Assembly: GCF_006345805.1 (NCBI RefSeq) | Contig: NW_021836146.1 | Location: 1 to 64,000 of the forward strand | DNA: 64,000 nucleotides | From: Octopus sinensis | Lineage: Eukaryota | Direction of reading: 5' to 3' | Part shown: piece after piece, positions 25,381-39,083 of the stretch | How positions within the stretch are numbered: position 1 is the stretch's first letter | Layout: the number at the start of each line of letters is the position of its first letter | Translations under genes and position numbers: made by a program | The notes under the pieces: model-generated | What the model was told of the DNA's origin: nothing | What the model saw: only the letters and a program-made list of their open reading frames with translations | Database searches by the model: none

Positions 25381-27568
25381 ATATATTATAATAATAATAA
25401 ATACGAAATTCTGTCTGTCCATCCATCCATCCAGGACCCCTGTATCTCAGTCTACATTTGCTCTACATTGACATATACCTTTTCAGAATCAAGATTGAAA
25501 ATCTGCCCTTCATTTGGTTCTTGAACAGCCAGCCCTGGGATCAGGTCTGGATGAGGATTTGCTATGTGCTAACAGTTGAAGATTCAAATTTTAGAATAAT
25601 TCTAAAAATTTGTGAATTTACAAGTTTTTCATTTAAACTGAATTTTAAGTAATACCATTTAGGTAAGGAAAATACCATACTGGTAAGGGTAATACCTATA
25701 ATGCTTTATTTTTATTGCTCCCTTTAGTTTTGGGCCATAGGCATAATTAGCCCTCTGCAGTTGCTAACATAAAAGTTCACACAGAGTGTGGCTTTTAAGC
25801 TAGTATATATAAAATGATATCAAATATGCAAGGTTGAGAATGATTTGGGAAAGCCTGGTGCCTGGTTTGGTCTTAAATAGGCTAGATACTTTCACCAAAT
25901 TCTCAAGATGATAAAAGCCTTGTGAGTGGAATTTGGTTCATGGAGACCATGCAGAAACTTGTGTGCATGCACGCATGCATGCATGTGATGTTGATTACAC
26001 CATTTCACACACACACAGGTGCAATAGGTTTCTGCACGGTTTCCATGAACCAAATTTCACTCACAATGCTTTAGTCATCTTGAGAATTTGGCAAAAGTAT
26101 CTAGCCCAATTAAGACCAAACCTGGTATCAAGCTTTCCCAAATCATTCTCAACTCTACCTATTTGATATCAATTTATCATATGCATATTCATTTCAATTT
26201 CAGTTATATTTGTTTGTTATATGCACCCACATACATAAAAAAACTGAAATGGTAAATACAAGTAATGCTATTCCACTTTTAATATTTTGCTTCAAATTCT
26301 TTTCTCTTTTGTAAAATTAATCTGTTGAAAACATTAAAGATCTAATACAAATTAGAACAAAATTATTCCTTTCAGCTGTTAGTAATTAAATACAAATTCC
26401 TTTTCATTATAAATACACAATATTACAGAAGGAAACAACTTGTGTGTGTATATATACACATATATATATATATATTATATATATATATATAATATATATA
26501 TATATATTATAATAATAATAAATACGAAATTCTGTCTGTCCATCCATCCATCCAGGACCCCTGTATCTCAGTCTACATTTGCTCTACATTGACATATACC
26601 TTTTCAGAATCAAGATTGAAAATCTGCCCTTCATTTGGTTCTTGAACAGCCAGCCCTGGGATCAGGTCTGGATGAGGATTTGCTATGTGCTAACAGTTGA
26701 AGATTCAAATTTTAGAATAATTCTAAAAATTTGTGAATTTACAAGTTTTTCATTTAAACTGAATTTTAAGTAATACCATTTAGGTAAGGAAAATACCATA
26801 CTGGTAAGGGTAATACCTATAAATGCTTTATTTTTATTGCTCCCTTTAGTTTTGGGCCATAGGCATAATTAGCCCTCTGCAGTTGCTAACATAAAAGTTC
26901 ACACAGAGTGTGGATTTTAAGCTAGTATATATAAAATGATATCAAATATGCAAGGTTGAGAATGATTTGGGAAAGCCTGGTGCCTGGTTTGGTCTTAAAT
27001 AGGCTAGATACTTTCACCAAATTCTCAAGATGATAAAAGCCTTGTGAGTGGAATTTGGTTCATGGAGACCATGCAGAAACTTGTGTGCATGCACGCATGC
27101 ATGCATGTGATGTTGATTACACCATTTCACACACACACAGGTGCAATAGGTTTCTGCACGGTTTCCATGAACCAAATTTCACTCACAATGCTTTAGTCAT
27201 CTTGAGAATTTGGCAAAAGTATCTAGCCCAATTAAGACCAAACCTGGTATCAAGCTTTCCCAAATCATTCTCAACTCTACCTATTTGATATCAATTTATC
27301 ATATGCATATTCATTTCAATTTCAGTTATATTTGTTTGTTATATGCACCCACATACATAAAAAAACTGAAATGGTAAATACAAGTAATGCTATTCCACTT
27401 TTAATATTTTGCTTCAAATTCTTTTCTCTTTTGTAAAATTAATCTGTTGAAAACATTAAAGATCTAATACAAATTAGAACAAAATTATTCCTTTCAGCTG
27501 TTAGTAATTAAATACAAATTCCTTTTCATTATAAATACACAATATTACAGAAGGAAACAACTTGTGTG

Positions 27569-27580
<12 letters not shown>
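25381..27580. repeat. Tandem duplication of a 1.12-kb segment (copies 25381-26458 and 26502-27580)
   Basis: Identical ORFs offset by 1121/1122 nt. I spotted only one 1-nt indel and one substitution. (TA)n or (CA)n tracts at all three junctions. Confidence 0.95.
25385..25803 (+). mobile_element. Non-autonomous Helitron-like element (second copy about 26506-26925)
   Basis: 5' tataataataataaatacgaaattctgtctgtccatcc; 3' hairpin CACAC-aga-GTGTG (25778-25790), then CTAG|t at 25800-25803. No clear 5' TC. Confidence 0.55.
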
Positions 27581-27641
<61 letters not shown>

Positions 27642-28566
27642 TGTGTGTGTGTGTGTAGATAAATAATTTGGGTATATGAAAATGTATATATGAAAATATA
27701 CATCTTGTAAATATGTATTCCTAGCTCTATATGTTTAGATACAGTCATTTATGTCAGAAATGAAGCTGTGTCTGTGAGCAACTATGAATATAGGTAATTG
27801 ACTATCCATGAAAATTTAAATTTTACTTGTGCAAATGCATGTGCACATGTGAGAGAGAGAGAGCTTCATCCAAATTTTCTTAGTTGAAAGATTTAGCTTC
27901 ACAATAATAAGCTTCAGTATGTTAGAAGAAATAAGTAGGTGAGGAAAATAAAATTTAAACTTATTAAATTATTCGTCTATGTTTAAAAATTAACTCAAAG
28001 AATCTATCCACTTGAACACTGAGCAACAAGTTTATGTAAATATAATTAATGCATGAAGCATTTTAAAGTTAATTAGAAATAAATATACTGAGAATAAAAA
28101 GCAATGTTATTCAATAAATAATATTACTTTTATTTTACCTATAATTACAGGAGAGAACTCTAAAAATGTTTCTGCAGTTTTCTGACCTCCTCAGTAAAGT
28201 AAACTCTTTACTAAGTATGAATATAACTATGTACTGTTGGGACAGGGAATTAGAATTCTAACAGAATTTTAATAAATCAGATACATGCTCATCACCATTT
28301 CTATGTCCTCTCTTCTCATGTGAGCCTTGTTGGGCAAGACTTGTTGAGGCAGCATTCTATGGTTAGATGCGATTCTTTTCATCAACCCTTTTTGCCAAGT
28401 AAAGTATTTTTATTTTATTGGTTTTCACACAAAAGCATCAAATACACTGAGCTACAGTCATATTGTTCAAGAGAGATATAAGTAGACTACAGCTCAAATG
28501 TTTTCAATATGAAAACTTGCAGAAACAAAGACATGCACACACACAGACACAAACCCTTCTCCTTCT

Positions 28567-28712
28567 CATCATCATCATCATCATTTAACATTCATTTCCC
28601 ATGTTGACATTGGATGGACCGTCTGACAGAAACTGGCAAATTAGAAGATTGCACCAAACCCTGCTATCTGCTCCGGCATGGTTTCTACAGCTGGATACCC
28701 TTCCTAACATCA
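28567..28712 (-). mobile_element. RTE-tail short element (family A), degenerate
   Basis: (CAT)n-ttaacatt..ttcccatgttgacattggatggac..ctacagctggata, matching family A. Confidence 0.7.
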
Positions 28713-28950
28713 ACCACTTACTCTGTGTGTGCGTGTGTGTGTGTGTGTGTTTGTGTGTGTGCGCAGGCGCATGCATGCATACATGTGCATGTATGTGCAA
28801 ACATATGCACACAACAAGCTTGTGTATAGTTTCCTTCAACCAAATTTCACTTGTGTGTCATTGGTCATCCCAGGGTGTCATGCAGTAGGACGGAACTCAA
28901 AACCAGGTGATTTAAGCATCCACATGAAAGTAATAGATTGTTACATTTAA

Positions 28951-29170
28951 CTCTTTGGCTCTTCAGATTATTCTGTCAAATGTAATGCTTATTTATTCAC
29001 ATGGCTTTCAATTAATCATGTTTTATCTTATAGCTTTGAAATTTTCCTTATGTGATTACCTAATTTTAGAAGAAAATTGTAAGATAGATGTGAGAGGCCA
29101 CATCTGGCTGGTTTGAAATAAAACAGGTAGAATATTTAGGCCAGATATGGCCAGTTTGAATGTTAAAGGG
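28951..29170. mobile_element. TTAA-type MITE (piggyBac-like), degenerate
   Basis: Flanks ttaa/ttat; ends ctctttgg.. and ..tgaatgttaaaggg are imperfect TIRs; same family as 9181-9390. Confidence 0.5.
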
Positions 29171-30139
29171 TTATGGTATAAGGCATTTCAATGCTGCTGA
29201 AAATTAACTTACAGTACAGTTTTTTTTAGCTGGTTCAGTTAGTTCAACAAGTAAATCTTAAACATGAGAAAACAAGGAAAGGATTTAAAAAACTCAATTA
29301 TTTTTTTTTTTAAATTAGTGACTGGTATTAATTTAGTTATTTTATGGACAAATTGTTCTGCTTTGGTGGTATGAAATAACATGAAATAGCACTTGAAAAG
29401 AAAACAAATTTGTCCTTTTTATAAATTTCTTTATATGTGTGTGTAATCATATACATAGAAGGCAGGAAGAGAAAAAAAAAAAGAATGATAGCGAGAGAGA
29501 GATACACTTAAGTAGGTTAGCCTACTTAGGAATAAAAAAATATATTCCATAATAATATTCAGACAATTTGATTTTCCACTTTTGGCAATTTTTAAAATAT
29601 TTCCCATTGAAAAACTAACAGCTTTTTTGTTGTCTTTTATATATTTATATTTTATGATTTTAAAATGTCAGATATTCTGTGAAAATAAAGAATTCACAGA
29701 GAAAAAAAAACATTAATTCACACAGCAATACTAAATGTAAATGAGGAAAATAAATGCTTTTAATATGGATCTGAATTATTCTTTGAAAGAGATAACTAAC
29801 TCTCTAAAAAAGTAAGAATTGCTCTTGAAGATAGAAGATAGGATTCTATCACATATTTAATGGTTATCTATCTTCATCTAAATTCTCCAGTATTTTTCAA
29901 ATATGGCACCATTATCATTTAAAAGTAGAATTAATGGTTGATATAGAGATTGTATTCACACTGCAAATAAAATAGCTGGGGTGGGGGAGTAAACTTAAAA
30001 TTAACATTTTATTGCATTCCAATTCAGCTACTGTTGATATGGTTTATATCAACTTATATATTCTTCTTCAAAATAACCTTTAATCAAAATATATTGATAA
30101 TAATAAATTATTATTATTATTATTATTACTGTTATTATT

Positions 30140-30360
30140 GCTGTTGTTGTTGTTACACTTGTGTTGGCTGGCAGAATAAGTAGAATGTTGAACTAAATTA
30201 TTTGGTATTGGATACATTACATTACCTTCTTGGTTCAAATTCTGCCAGACTTTGCCAAAGTACAAGGGAAATAACAGTTATTTGTTTGGAAGTATTTTAT
30301 TAACTCTCAATTAAATCCCTCCAATCAAATATGAAGCTTTGTGCATAAGTGAGAAACAAT
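30140..30360 (+). mobile_element. SINE family C, degenerate (another copy at about 30750-30930)
   Basis: gttggctggcagaat..ggttcaaattctgcc..gactttgcc matches the family C head. Confidence 0.55.
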
Positions 30361-31039
30361 CAGCATTGTTCTCATCATCATCATCATCATCACTTTCATC
30401 ATTATCATCAACAACAACTATTAATTGATTTATTACAAAATAAAATGACATTAAAAATTAGATTAATGAAAAATGATATGTTTTGAATTTTCCTCAATTG
30501 ATAATAATGGTTTTACAATGAGCCACTCACTGACTTCCTTAATTAGCTTTTCCACTAGAGAGATGCTTTCACAGAGAGTTTCAAATGGTAATTGGTACAA
30601 AATTCATCTAAAATGAAAGAGGTGAATTTCACTATTCTCTTTCTTTCAGATTGAAGTGCTGATGCTTCTTTAATAGAGTGGTAGAGATATCATACACAAG
30701 GTTGTTGTTTTTTGCTTTTGAAGGAGAGTATTAGCACTGTACCTTGAGGACAATGTGTTGCAATAAATGCAGTTGCTGGCTGTGATGCTAGGTGGAAAAT
30801 TAGCAGAACCATTAAAGCACTGAACAGAATGTTTCATGGTATTTGTTCTGGTTCTCTGCGATCTGAGTTCAAATCCCACCAAGACCAACTATGCTTTCAT
30901 CCTTTTGGTACCAATTCAAGATGGTAAATTGGCAAAATTGTAAGAGGGCTAAGTGAGATACCATATGGTAGCTGTTCCAGCTCTTTCATTCTAACAGTAA
31001 CACCTATGCCAATACTGGCATCAACCTGCATCAGCCAAG

Positions 31040-31348
31040 TCATTCAGATAGAGGCCTACTCTCCTGACCTTGCACCCTCTGATTTTCACCTCTTCCCAGC
31101 CATGAAGTTGTTTTTGAAAGGAAAGCGTTTCCCAGATGATGCAGCCTTGATTTCTGAAGTCACGTCGTGGTTGGAGGATCAAGCTGGGGTCTTCTACAAA
31201 AACGGTCTCCAGAGCTGCATCAAACAATGGGAGAAATGCTTAACTCTGGGTGGTTCCTATGTAGAAAAAGACTAATAACTGTGCCAAGTTTTGTTGCTCT
31301 ACTGCTATGGGAAGTGGGTCAGGGGCATTACTTATTGAACGCCCCTCG
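31040..31348 (+). mobile_element. Mariner element, C-terminal transposase remnant and 3' TIR
   Basis: YSPDLAPSDFHLFPAMKLFLKGKRF...WEKCLTLGGSYVEKD* (ORF 31006-31275), the mariner YSPDLAPxD motif; ends ttattgaacgcccctcg|ta. The TIR differs from the 14.3-kb element, so these are different subfamilies. Confidence 0.9.
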
Positions 31349-31989
31349 TAAATATCAGTGGCATAGAGCGATGAAACTTACATGCATGGACCAACTGCCA
31401 CTCTTCCTCGAAAAATATCTTGCCTATGTCTACACATACATGTGCAGATGCATTACAGTTATTCTAATACATTCAGAATTTTGTTGATGATGTCATCATA
31501 AATGATCAGTTAATTGCTGAATTTAATGTGAATTTTGTAAACAGCAATTTAAATCTATTTGTTAATCAAAAGAGAACATCTGTTAACTTCAGTCATTTTA
31601 AAGCAAATAATTTTATTATATATATATATGTGTGTAAAGACAACTAATTGCAAACAAATATGAGCAAAAAGAAAATGATCTCAACTGATATTATTTAAGG
31701 GATAAAGGTTTGTCTTAGAAAGATAACCACTTTGGATATTTTGAAAATAATCAGATTGGCTACTACTATGATTAATTAGATATTTAATACAAATTTCATT
31801 TTCTATATTCCAAGCTAAATTCTGCTATGCTTTACTTTTTGCTCAGGTGAAAGAAAAATAGGCAGATAAACAATGTTTGTATCCCTTGTGTATACTTGAA
31901 CTAGTCAAAATATTTGGAATCTAACCTATGCTTGTGTTTTTCTACATTTAAGTTTAAACATCAGGTTGGGTGAAGTTCAGAGAACTCCT

Positions 31990-32660
31990 ATCTCTGTTGG
32001 TAATAAAGGGACCCTCCCTCAGAGTAAGAGGCAGCTTGTATGATGCTCGTGTGTGAACAACCATGCTATATGGTAGTGAAACATGGGCTATGACCACCAA
32101 GGACATGCAAAGGCTTGAAAATTGAAGCTAGTATGATTCACTGGGAGGGAAATGTTAGTGTGCATGCACAACAAAGTGTAAGCATCTTGAGAGAAAAGTT
32201 GGGCATAAGAGGCATTAGATATGGTGTGCAAGAGAAACAACTGCACTGGTATGGTCATGTGGCACATATGGATGAGGACAGCTATATGAAAAATTGTCGA
32301 CCTCTAAATGTGGCGGGAACCTGTGGAAGAGTGAGACCCAAGAAGACATGGGACAAGGTGGTGAAGCCTGATCTTCAAATGTTGGGCCTCACAGAGGCAA
32401 AGTGACTGAGACCTTTGGCAATATACTGTGCTTGAGAAGACTTGTCAAGCCAAGTGAGATTGCAGTCATGGCTGATGCTGGTATTTCACAACTGGCATAT
32501 AAAAAGCATTCACTACACTCTTGGAATAGTTGGCATTAGGAAGGGTATTCAGCTGTAGAAACCATACCAAATCAGATTGGAATTAGTGCAGCTTACCAGT
32601 TTTCAGTCAAACTGTCCAACCTATGCCAGCATGGAAAATAGACATTAAATGACGATGATT
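31990..32660 (+). mobile_element. RTE-clade LINE, 5'-truncated 3' end with (GAT)n tail
   Basis: ..MLYGSETWAMT..; LREKLGIRGIRYGVQEKQLHWYGHVAHMDED..GRVRPKKTWDKVVK; 3' UTR shared with family A short elements. Confidence 0.9.
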
Positions 32661-35600
32661 GATGGGATGCATCAAAAAGTGAAAAAAATGTTATTATCTG
32701 TGCATGGACAAAGTCTTAAAATGTAAATTAGTCCAAAAAATTAGAATGATGAGGTAGAAGAAAATGAAAGATGTGTCACAGAAGAAGAGGCAACTTTCAT
32801 AACTATTATTAAGCTAATATGTATTAATACAATCTTCCTTCCTGTATAATTAGCAGGTGTGATTATGAATATATAATAAGCATAGATTGTAATTTTATCA
32901 AGATAATGCTGTTGAAAGTAATTCCAGATTAAATGTACAATTAAATTTCATTTTAATTCTGATATTTTCTTACACTGACACAGGCTACATTTGCTTCTCC
33001 TAATGTGTGTAGGGGCAGAGGCAACTGTGTGAAGAAACCTGGTTACTTAACTTATATTTATTTTATTAATTGTGAACTTGAAATGAAAATGAGAGTAACT
33101 AAATACCACAGCACTTTTTGTCTCCTATTTTACTAGTCTGTCATTCACTGTCTTTAATAATCATAAATAGAAAGGGGATGCTAAAAAATCATGCCAACAC
33201 AATTATGAAAAATACTAGTCTCATTCTGTTACCACAATAATGCTCAGATAAATAACTGCCCAAGAGTCAAATCTATTCGAAATAGGCTTTATACACTTTA
33301 TGTTTTAGATAGGTGTCAGATGATGGATTCTGGATTTACATGTGAAATAAATAATGCTATGAGATGAATGGTACTGCATTAGCAGCATCCTGATGGACTC
33401 TGATATATTATATATGAAATTATATTTTTAACCGAAAATTATTATTAAATAAATTAGATACATTTAATCAATGACTATCAAATATTAAATTGCCTAAGTG
33501 TAAGTAAATTGTTTCACTCAGAAAAAACTAATTTGACTTAATAGTGACTAAATACAAGAAGGTACAGAGGAAATTAAATACAAACACTGTATATTAAAAA
33601 GTCAATTAAATCTTAATCTAGTTACCACATACCTTTTATCTACATACACACACACACACATACTACACATACATATATATATATGTGTGCATACATACAT
33701 ACATACATTACATACATACATACATACATGTATACATGTGTGTATGTATATGCATATATACATATATGCTGCCTCTGAATTCTATACAGAATCTATACAG
33801 ATAAGCTTATATATATTACTGTTTTTTTTTTTCCTTCATACAACAATGTCATTACCATCCAACAACAAAATCTCCATTTCATTTACACATGTTCAGCTAC
33901 TGAAATGGTTGTTGCACTCATAATGTAATCAAGATTCTCTTATTATGCCTTGCTCTGTTATAATGTTCTACTCTAACAAAAAGAAATAAACATTTTTTAA
34001 TGATTGTGGTGGTGGTAGTGGTGGTGGAAGTGGTGGCAGCGGCAGTTGTGGTAATGTTGGTGATGATGATGGTCGCTCTAAGTCTGATAGTTATGTCTGT
34101 AGTGATAATGATGATGATGATGATGACGATGAACAACTTAAAATACCTTCTTTGAAAGAGGATAGTCATTTCAAATGCAAGTCTAGAGCTTTGAAATTGC
34201 AGTAGAGAATATTGGATCAAGGACAAGTTTATTGATCCATATCTTTTGATTACTGAAAGGAAATATAGAAAGAGCAAGTTTTGATGTAATATGTTAAAGG
34301 CTGGAAGGAAATTATTCTACTTCTAGAAGTTCAATTTCTTTTGGGGATAACATCTGGAATGAAGGGAACTTTCAAATAAATGATTCCTTTCAGCAATAAC
34401 TAGGGAAATAAATGAACTGCACATCAATGCTTCTTCATATAATACATTACAAAATGAAATTTGGAAGATTTTATAGAAGCAGATATGTAATTGAATTTTG
34501 ACAAACGGTAAAGGGAAAATATGTTTGCAGTATTGATTTAACCTTTCAGAAACCATTTTAATTTAATCTAATCACAGTAAACTTCAAAGAAAACCATAAA
34601 TAGGCTATTTACATATAAAAGTTTCAATTATTCATGTCTGATTTGTTCTCTCAATAAAACAGAAAAATGTTTAGTTATTTCACTCTAAGGTATTTTTTTC
34701 ACATACACGATGACACTACACTGAAGCTGTTATATTTAACAAGGTATTGGACTTAAGAATTGACAGTACCTGTTTTAAGTGAATATCCTATATTTCTGTG
34801 ATCTTTTAAATGTAATATAAATATGATTTTCATCACATCTTGCATCTTCAAAATAATGTTTAGTTTAGACTCTTTTTTTTTTAATCTGTAAACAACTTGT
34901 CATATGGGATTGAATATTAGAAAGAATAGGAAGAAAAGCATGAGTATCAATTGTGATAGTGTAGTCTTGAATTAGGGACAGCATAACCTGTTTATTTTAA
35001 CCTAATTACAAACTTCTCAGAGCATTTTGATGAGAAAAAAAAAATGAAAGAAAATTCATATTTGGCAAATGCAAGCCATGTGGAAAATATTAATATAAAA
35101 ATTTCAGCATATGTTTCATCTGATAAATTACATTGACAGCAATTTTCTACCTAAGTTAAAAATTTCAAAGCAATTATTAAAGATAAAGAAGAGAAAGGAT
35201 AACTTTAAAGAAAAATAAATAAAAGAATCAACAAAAAAAAATTTTAAGTTTATTACGAAAATTGGAAGCCAAAAGATTTAATCAATTTTAGCAGATTTAT
35301 TTCTAGCTATTATATTTTTTGGTCTAGATTCTTTCTCAATCTCTTTACAGAATAAGTAAAGACTTTCTAGAACAGATAATAGAAAGTGTAGTTTTTTAGG
35401 GTTTTTTTTTTATTTATAGTTTCTTAGTTTCTGAAAACATCATATAAGTTATTATGTCAACTAACAAAAGTTTAAATGAGCTTGAGTTTAGGTCTAACAT
35501 TACAGTGGTTTCAGGATTGTCTTCCTTTTAATTGTAACAGTGATGGCCATATAAGTGTTTATAATGTATATTGGAGATGAAATGTATTGTCCTCAAAATA

Positions 35601-36084
35601 ACTGAAGCAATATCAAAAACCCAATTCACACTTTCAATGTGACAGAGACATTTGGATGTTAATAAAAACGGGTGAAACGGTTTCCCTTGCACATACCAAC
35701 TGATTGCTTTATTATGTGAGTGGATTTGGTAGACAGAAACTGAAAAGAAGCCTTTCGTGGATAAATATATAATGATAGCATATGTTACATATATATTATA
35801 TCAAACCTTGATACTGTGTGGGCTAAGATTCCTGTTGACAGGCCGCTGGTATTTATAGAGAGTGAAACACTTTCAGTATGCAAATTAGGGACTCCTTCAT
35901 AGAGTAACTGCTGCATTTGTTGAGTATATAAACAGTTTGGCTGCTTGTTTCTCTGGAGGGTGTCAGAATGATGTAGACACCTCTGATGAGAACTCAATAA
36001 GGTTCAAGAATTGATTAAGGTTATAATTATACCATATGTTACACAAACACACACACACACATATATATATATATAAGTTTCAGA

Positions 36085-36295
36085 TAGTGTGTGAGTGGCT
36101 TTGTGCCTGTGTTTGTCCCCTTATCCCCACTTGACAACCGGTGCTAGTGTGATTACATCCCCATAACTCCAAAGTTCACTAAAAGAGACCAATAGAGTAA
36201 GTACCCGGTTTTGAATATAAAAATAAGTACTGGGCTCAATACATTTGGCTGCCCCAGCATGGTCACAGTCTAATGATTTAAGCAAGTAAAAGATG
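36085..36295 (+). mobile_element. SINE family B, 3' half (head fragment at about 35715-35760)
   Basis: cacttgacaacc..tacatccc..aaagagacc.atagagtaagtacc..ataagtactggg matches 61520-61685. Confidence 0.65.
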
Positions 36296-38694
36296 GAAAT
36301 ATTATTCACATCAGCACAGTGATAAGTATACTTAAAATTAAGAGTTTATAATAATCATATGTTCGCTGTGAATAATGAGTTTACTTATAGGTTTACATTA
36401 TAGTCATAAGCAACTGTTGGATTAACCGTAAAAAAAGATTTCCAAGGTGTCATAGAACATATCTAGGATTTTAAAAAATATTGGAATTAAATCAGCTATT
36501 CAAAAACATAGGTATGATATACAGAGACACTTCAAAGATAATAACCTGATACGATATAGTGTCTACTATAATTAGTAATATATGTTGTCTATATATATAT
36601 ATATATAAATAAGTATTACCATATTCAAGACATTTGAAAAACTTCTTTTCACATAAATATTTTCTTGAAATATATTTCAAAAAAGCATTTAGCATACTTG
36701 AATCACTAGAAATGACATTCATGGAAATTGTACAGTTAACCTGGGAGTATATCTGTATTTTAGAAATGTTCAACTTGCCAAATGAACCCATGGCGTTTTT
36801 TGCAAAACTACTTGACCAAGAAAAATGTAAATGGAGCCAGAATAGAAAAGAACGAAAGCCTTTAGCTGTTTCTATTTTATTTCTGTCAATTGAGATGGAA
36901 AATTTTAGATATTGCCAAAATGATTTTTTAAATTTTCTTGTTTTTTTTTTTACTTAAAGTAATACATTCCAAGGAGTTTGGCATTAGAATGGAATAGTAA
37001 GTAAATGTCAAAAATTAACTGAATCCCAAAATTTTGATGGAAAAAAAAAATTATTGGTGTCAATAGATTACAGGCGCTGAACAAAAGACAAAACTATCCC
37101 ACAGAAAAAGAAAGAATTAACAGATTAACTTCTACAGTCACCTTGCTTTACTTTGATTTGAGAGATACAGTCTTCAGAAATATTTCAGGAACAATCTCTA
37201 CCAATCACTATAGATTATGTAGTTTTGTAAATGATAATGTAATATTTCCATAATGAACAAGTAAAAATTATAAGGAGAAAATCTACGCTGGATTATTGTT
37301 TATATTGTCAGCAATCCAAACCTCACTAGTATAGACATTAGGCAAAGAACAAGACTCTTCATGCCCCATCATGACTAGTTAACAAACATGTTCCGTTCTG
37401 AGAGGGAACTCCCAGATAGCTGAAACTGGAAGATTGTATCTGTCACAAATGCAAAAGTTAACATTGTTCACCAAGAACAATATTATTGATAAATAGTTTT
37501 ACTAGAATTTTAAAAATATATTTAATAAAGACAATCAACAAACAAGTGTAGTTTCCCATGGTTGAAAGTATTAACAAATGTAAAACAGAGGCAGAAACAA
37601 GAGACAATTGTGTGGTAAAGAAGAATCTATGAAATTAAAACTAAGAATAAAATTTAAATAGCTTTGACAAGGCAAAGAAAAAAAATCATCCATATTGGAT
37701 ACCAAGCAAGACAAAACATAGCAAAAGTAATAACCCAGTCAAGTTGTAAATTCAGAAATCGAAAATCTTTACAAGGAAAGTATTTAAATATAGAGAGTAA
37801 AGTATTGAGAGTAACAAAATTTTGGAGGCACCAAAGTACATATAATAACTATGAGTGTAAAGATAGTATGGTATACAATACATAAATGAATCAATTGAAA
37901 GAATTAAAACCGGTGATTTAGATTAATATTAAGCAATAATAACAAGTATTCTCTGTTTTTGCTCCACATATAGAAAACTATCAAGCAAAGGACTCAGTTT
38001 TATGAGCCTGCCTTTTATACAGGATATTAGAAGAATCAGACAGTCAGACAAACCTGCATGCATACGTATATCATCATCATTTGATGATGATATACGTATC
38101 ATCATATGTAACATCGTGTTCCATGTTGGCATGTGTTGGATGGTTTGAGAGAATTCAAAGAGTCTGAGGACTTTATAGTAGTCTTGTGTCTACTTTGGCG
38201 TGGTTTTAACAGCTAGATACCCTTTCTCATAACAACCCCTTTACAGTGTGTACTGAGTGCTTTTCTCATGCCACCAGCACTAGTGAAATCACGATGCAGG
38301 TTACAAAAATATGAAGAAGAAGGTGACTTTATGCTGGGAAATGAGGGTTCAAATATAAGAGAAGGCAATGAAGCAGAGCAAGTTCTTGCTGTAAAGGAGC
38401 TACATGACTACTCACATTTAGAAGAAAGAGTGAGAATGAGTCAGAAGTAGCTGCAAAGAGATAAATAGTAGTAGTGTTGAGGTGCCCAGATAGCATTTCA
38501 GGGGCCAGAGAAACTAAGAGTGTGAGAAGGGTTGCAAGAATGTATGGTGTTGTGATGGTGGGGCAAGAGAATGAGGAAATGGGGTGAGGAGGTAAGCAAC
38601 ACCTGTAAAGAGTGATTAGGGTTCTAGAGCAGATGCAGGGAGTGATGAATACAAGGAGTGGGGGATAATAAGTTGGGGAAGGTGTGTGTGTGTA

Positions 38695-38989
38695 TTTGAA
38701 GGTACATGAATTAGTGGCTGGAGAGTTGGGCTTACAATCATGAGGTTCTGAGTTCAGCTCCTGGACCAGGTTGTGTATTGCATTTTTGAGCAAGACACTT
38801 CATGTCACATTGCTCCAGTCTGCTAAGTGGTAGAAATGAGTTGCAACATTAATGATCATGAGCTGCATTGGCCTTTGGCCAACATCAGTGTGACTGCTGG
38901 TATTCCACAAACAACCTTGACATGTGCCTTGGAGGGAAACTTTCTAGGTGCAATCCCATGGACATTCGTGACCAAAGGGGGTGTCTTTA

Positions 38990-38992
<3 letters not shown>
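38695..38992 (+). mobile_element. tRNA-derived SINE (family D)
   Basis: Head with gttctgagttcagctcc, tgagcaagacactt core, 3' end gcaatcccatggacattcgtgaccaaaggggg before (TA)n. Confidence 0.6.

Positions 38993-39083
<91 letters not shown>

Noticed and set aside
14278-31348. Idea that the 5' mariner (14.3 kb) and 3' mariner (31.0 kb) pieces are one split element
   Set aside because: Their TIRs do not match (aggtgatcccataaataatg versus cgaggggcgttcaataagtaatg), so they are different subfamilies.
33990-34280. Plus-strand Gly/Ser/Asp-rich open frame and a minus-strand 106-nt exon candidate (34147-34252)
   Set aside because: The plus frame is a trinucleotide-repeat artefact with no start or splice sites; the minus exon has a weak donor (gtattt) and an unrecognisable peptide.
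35983-36012. CTGATGA followed by a GAAC/GTTC stem, hammerhead-like
   Set aside because: The GAAA core is replaced by AAGAA and no stem I/III is found; at best a dead relic.
36634-36957. 107-aa plus ORF with exon-like sites
   Set aside because: Equally good exon-like parses exist on both strands, so it cannot be told from chance.
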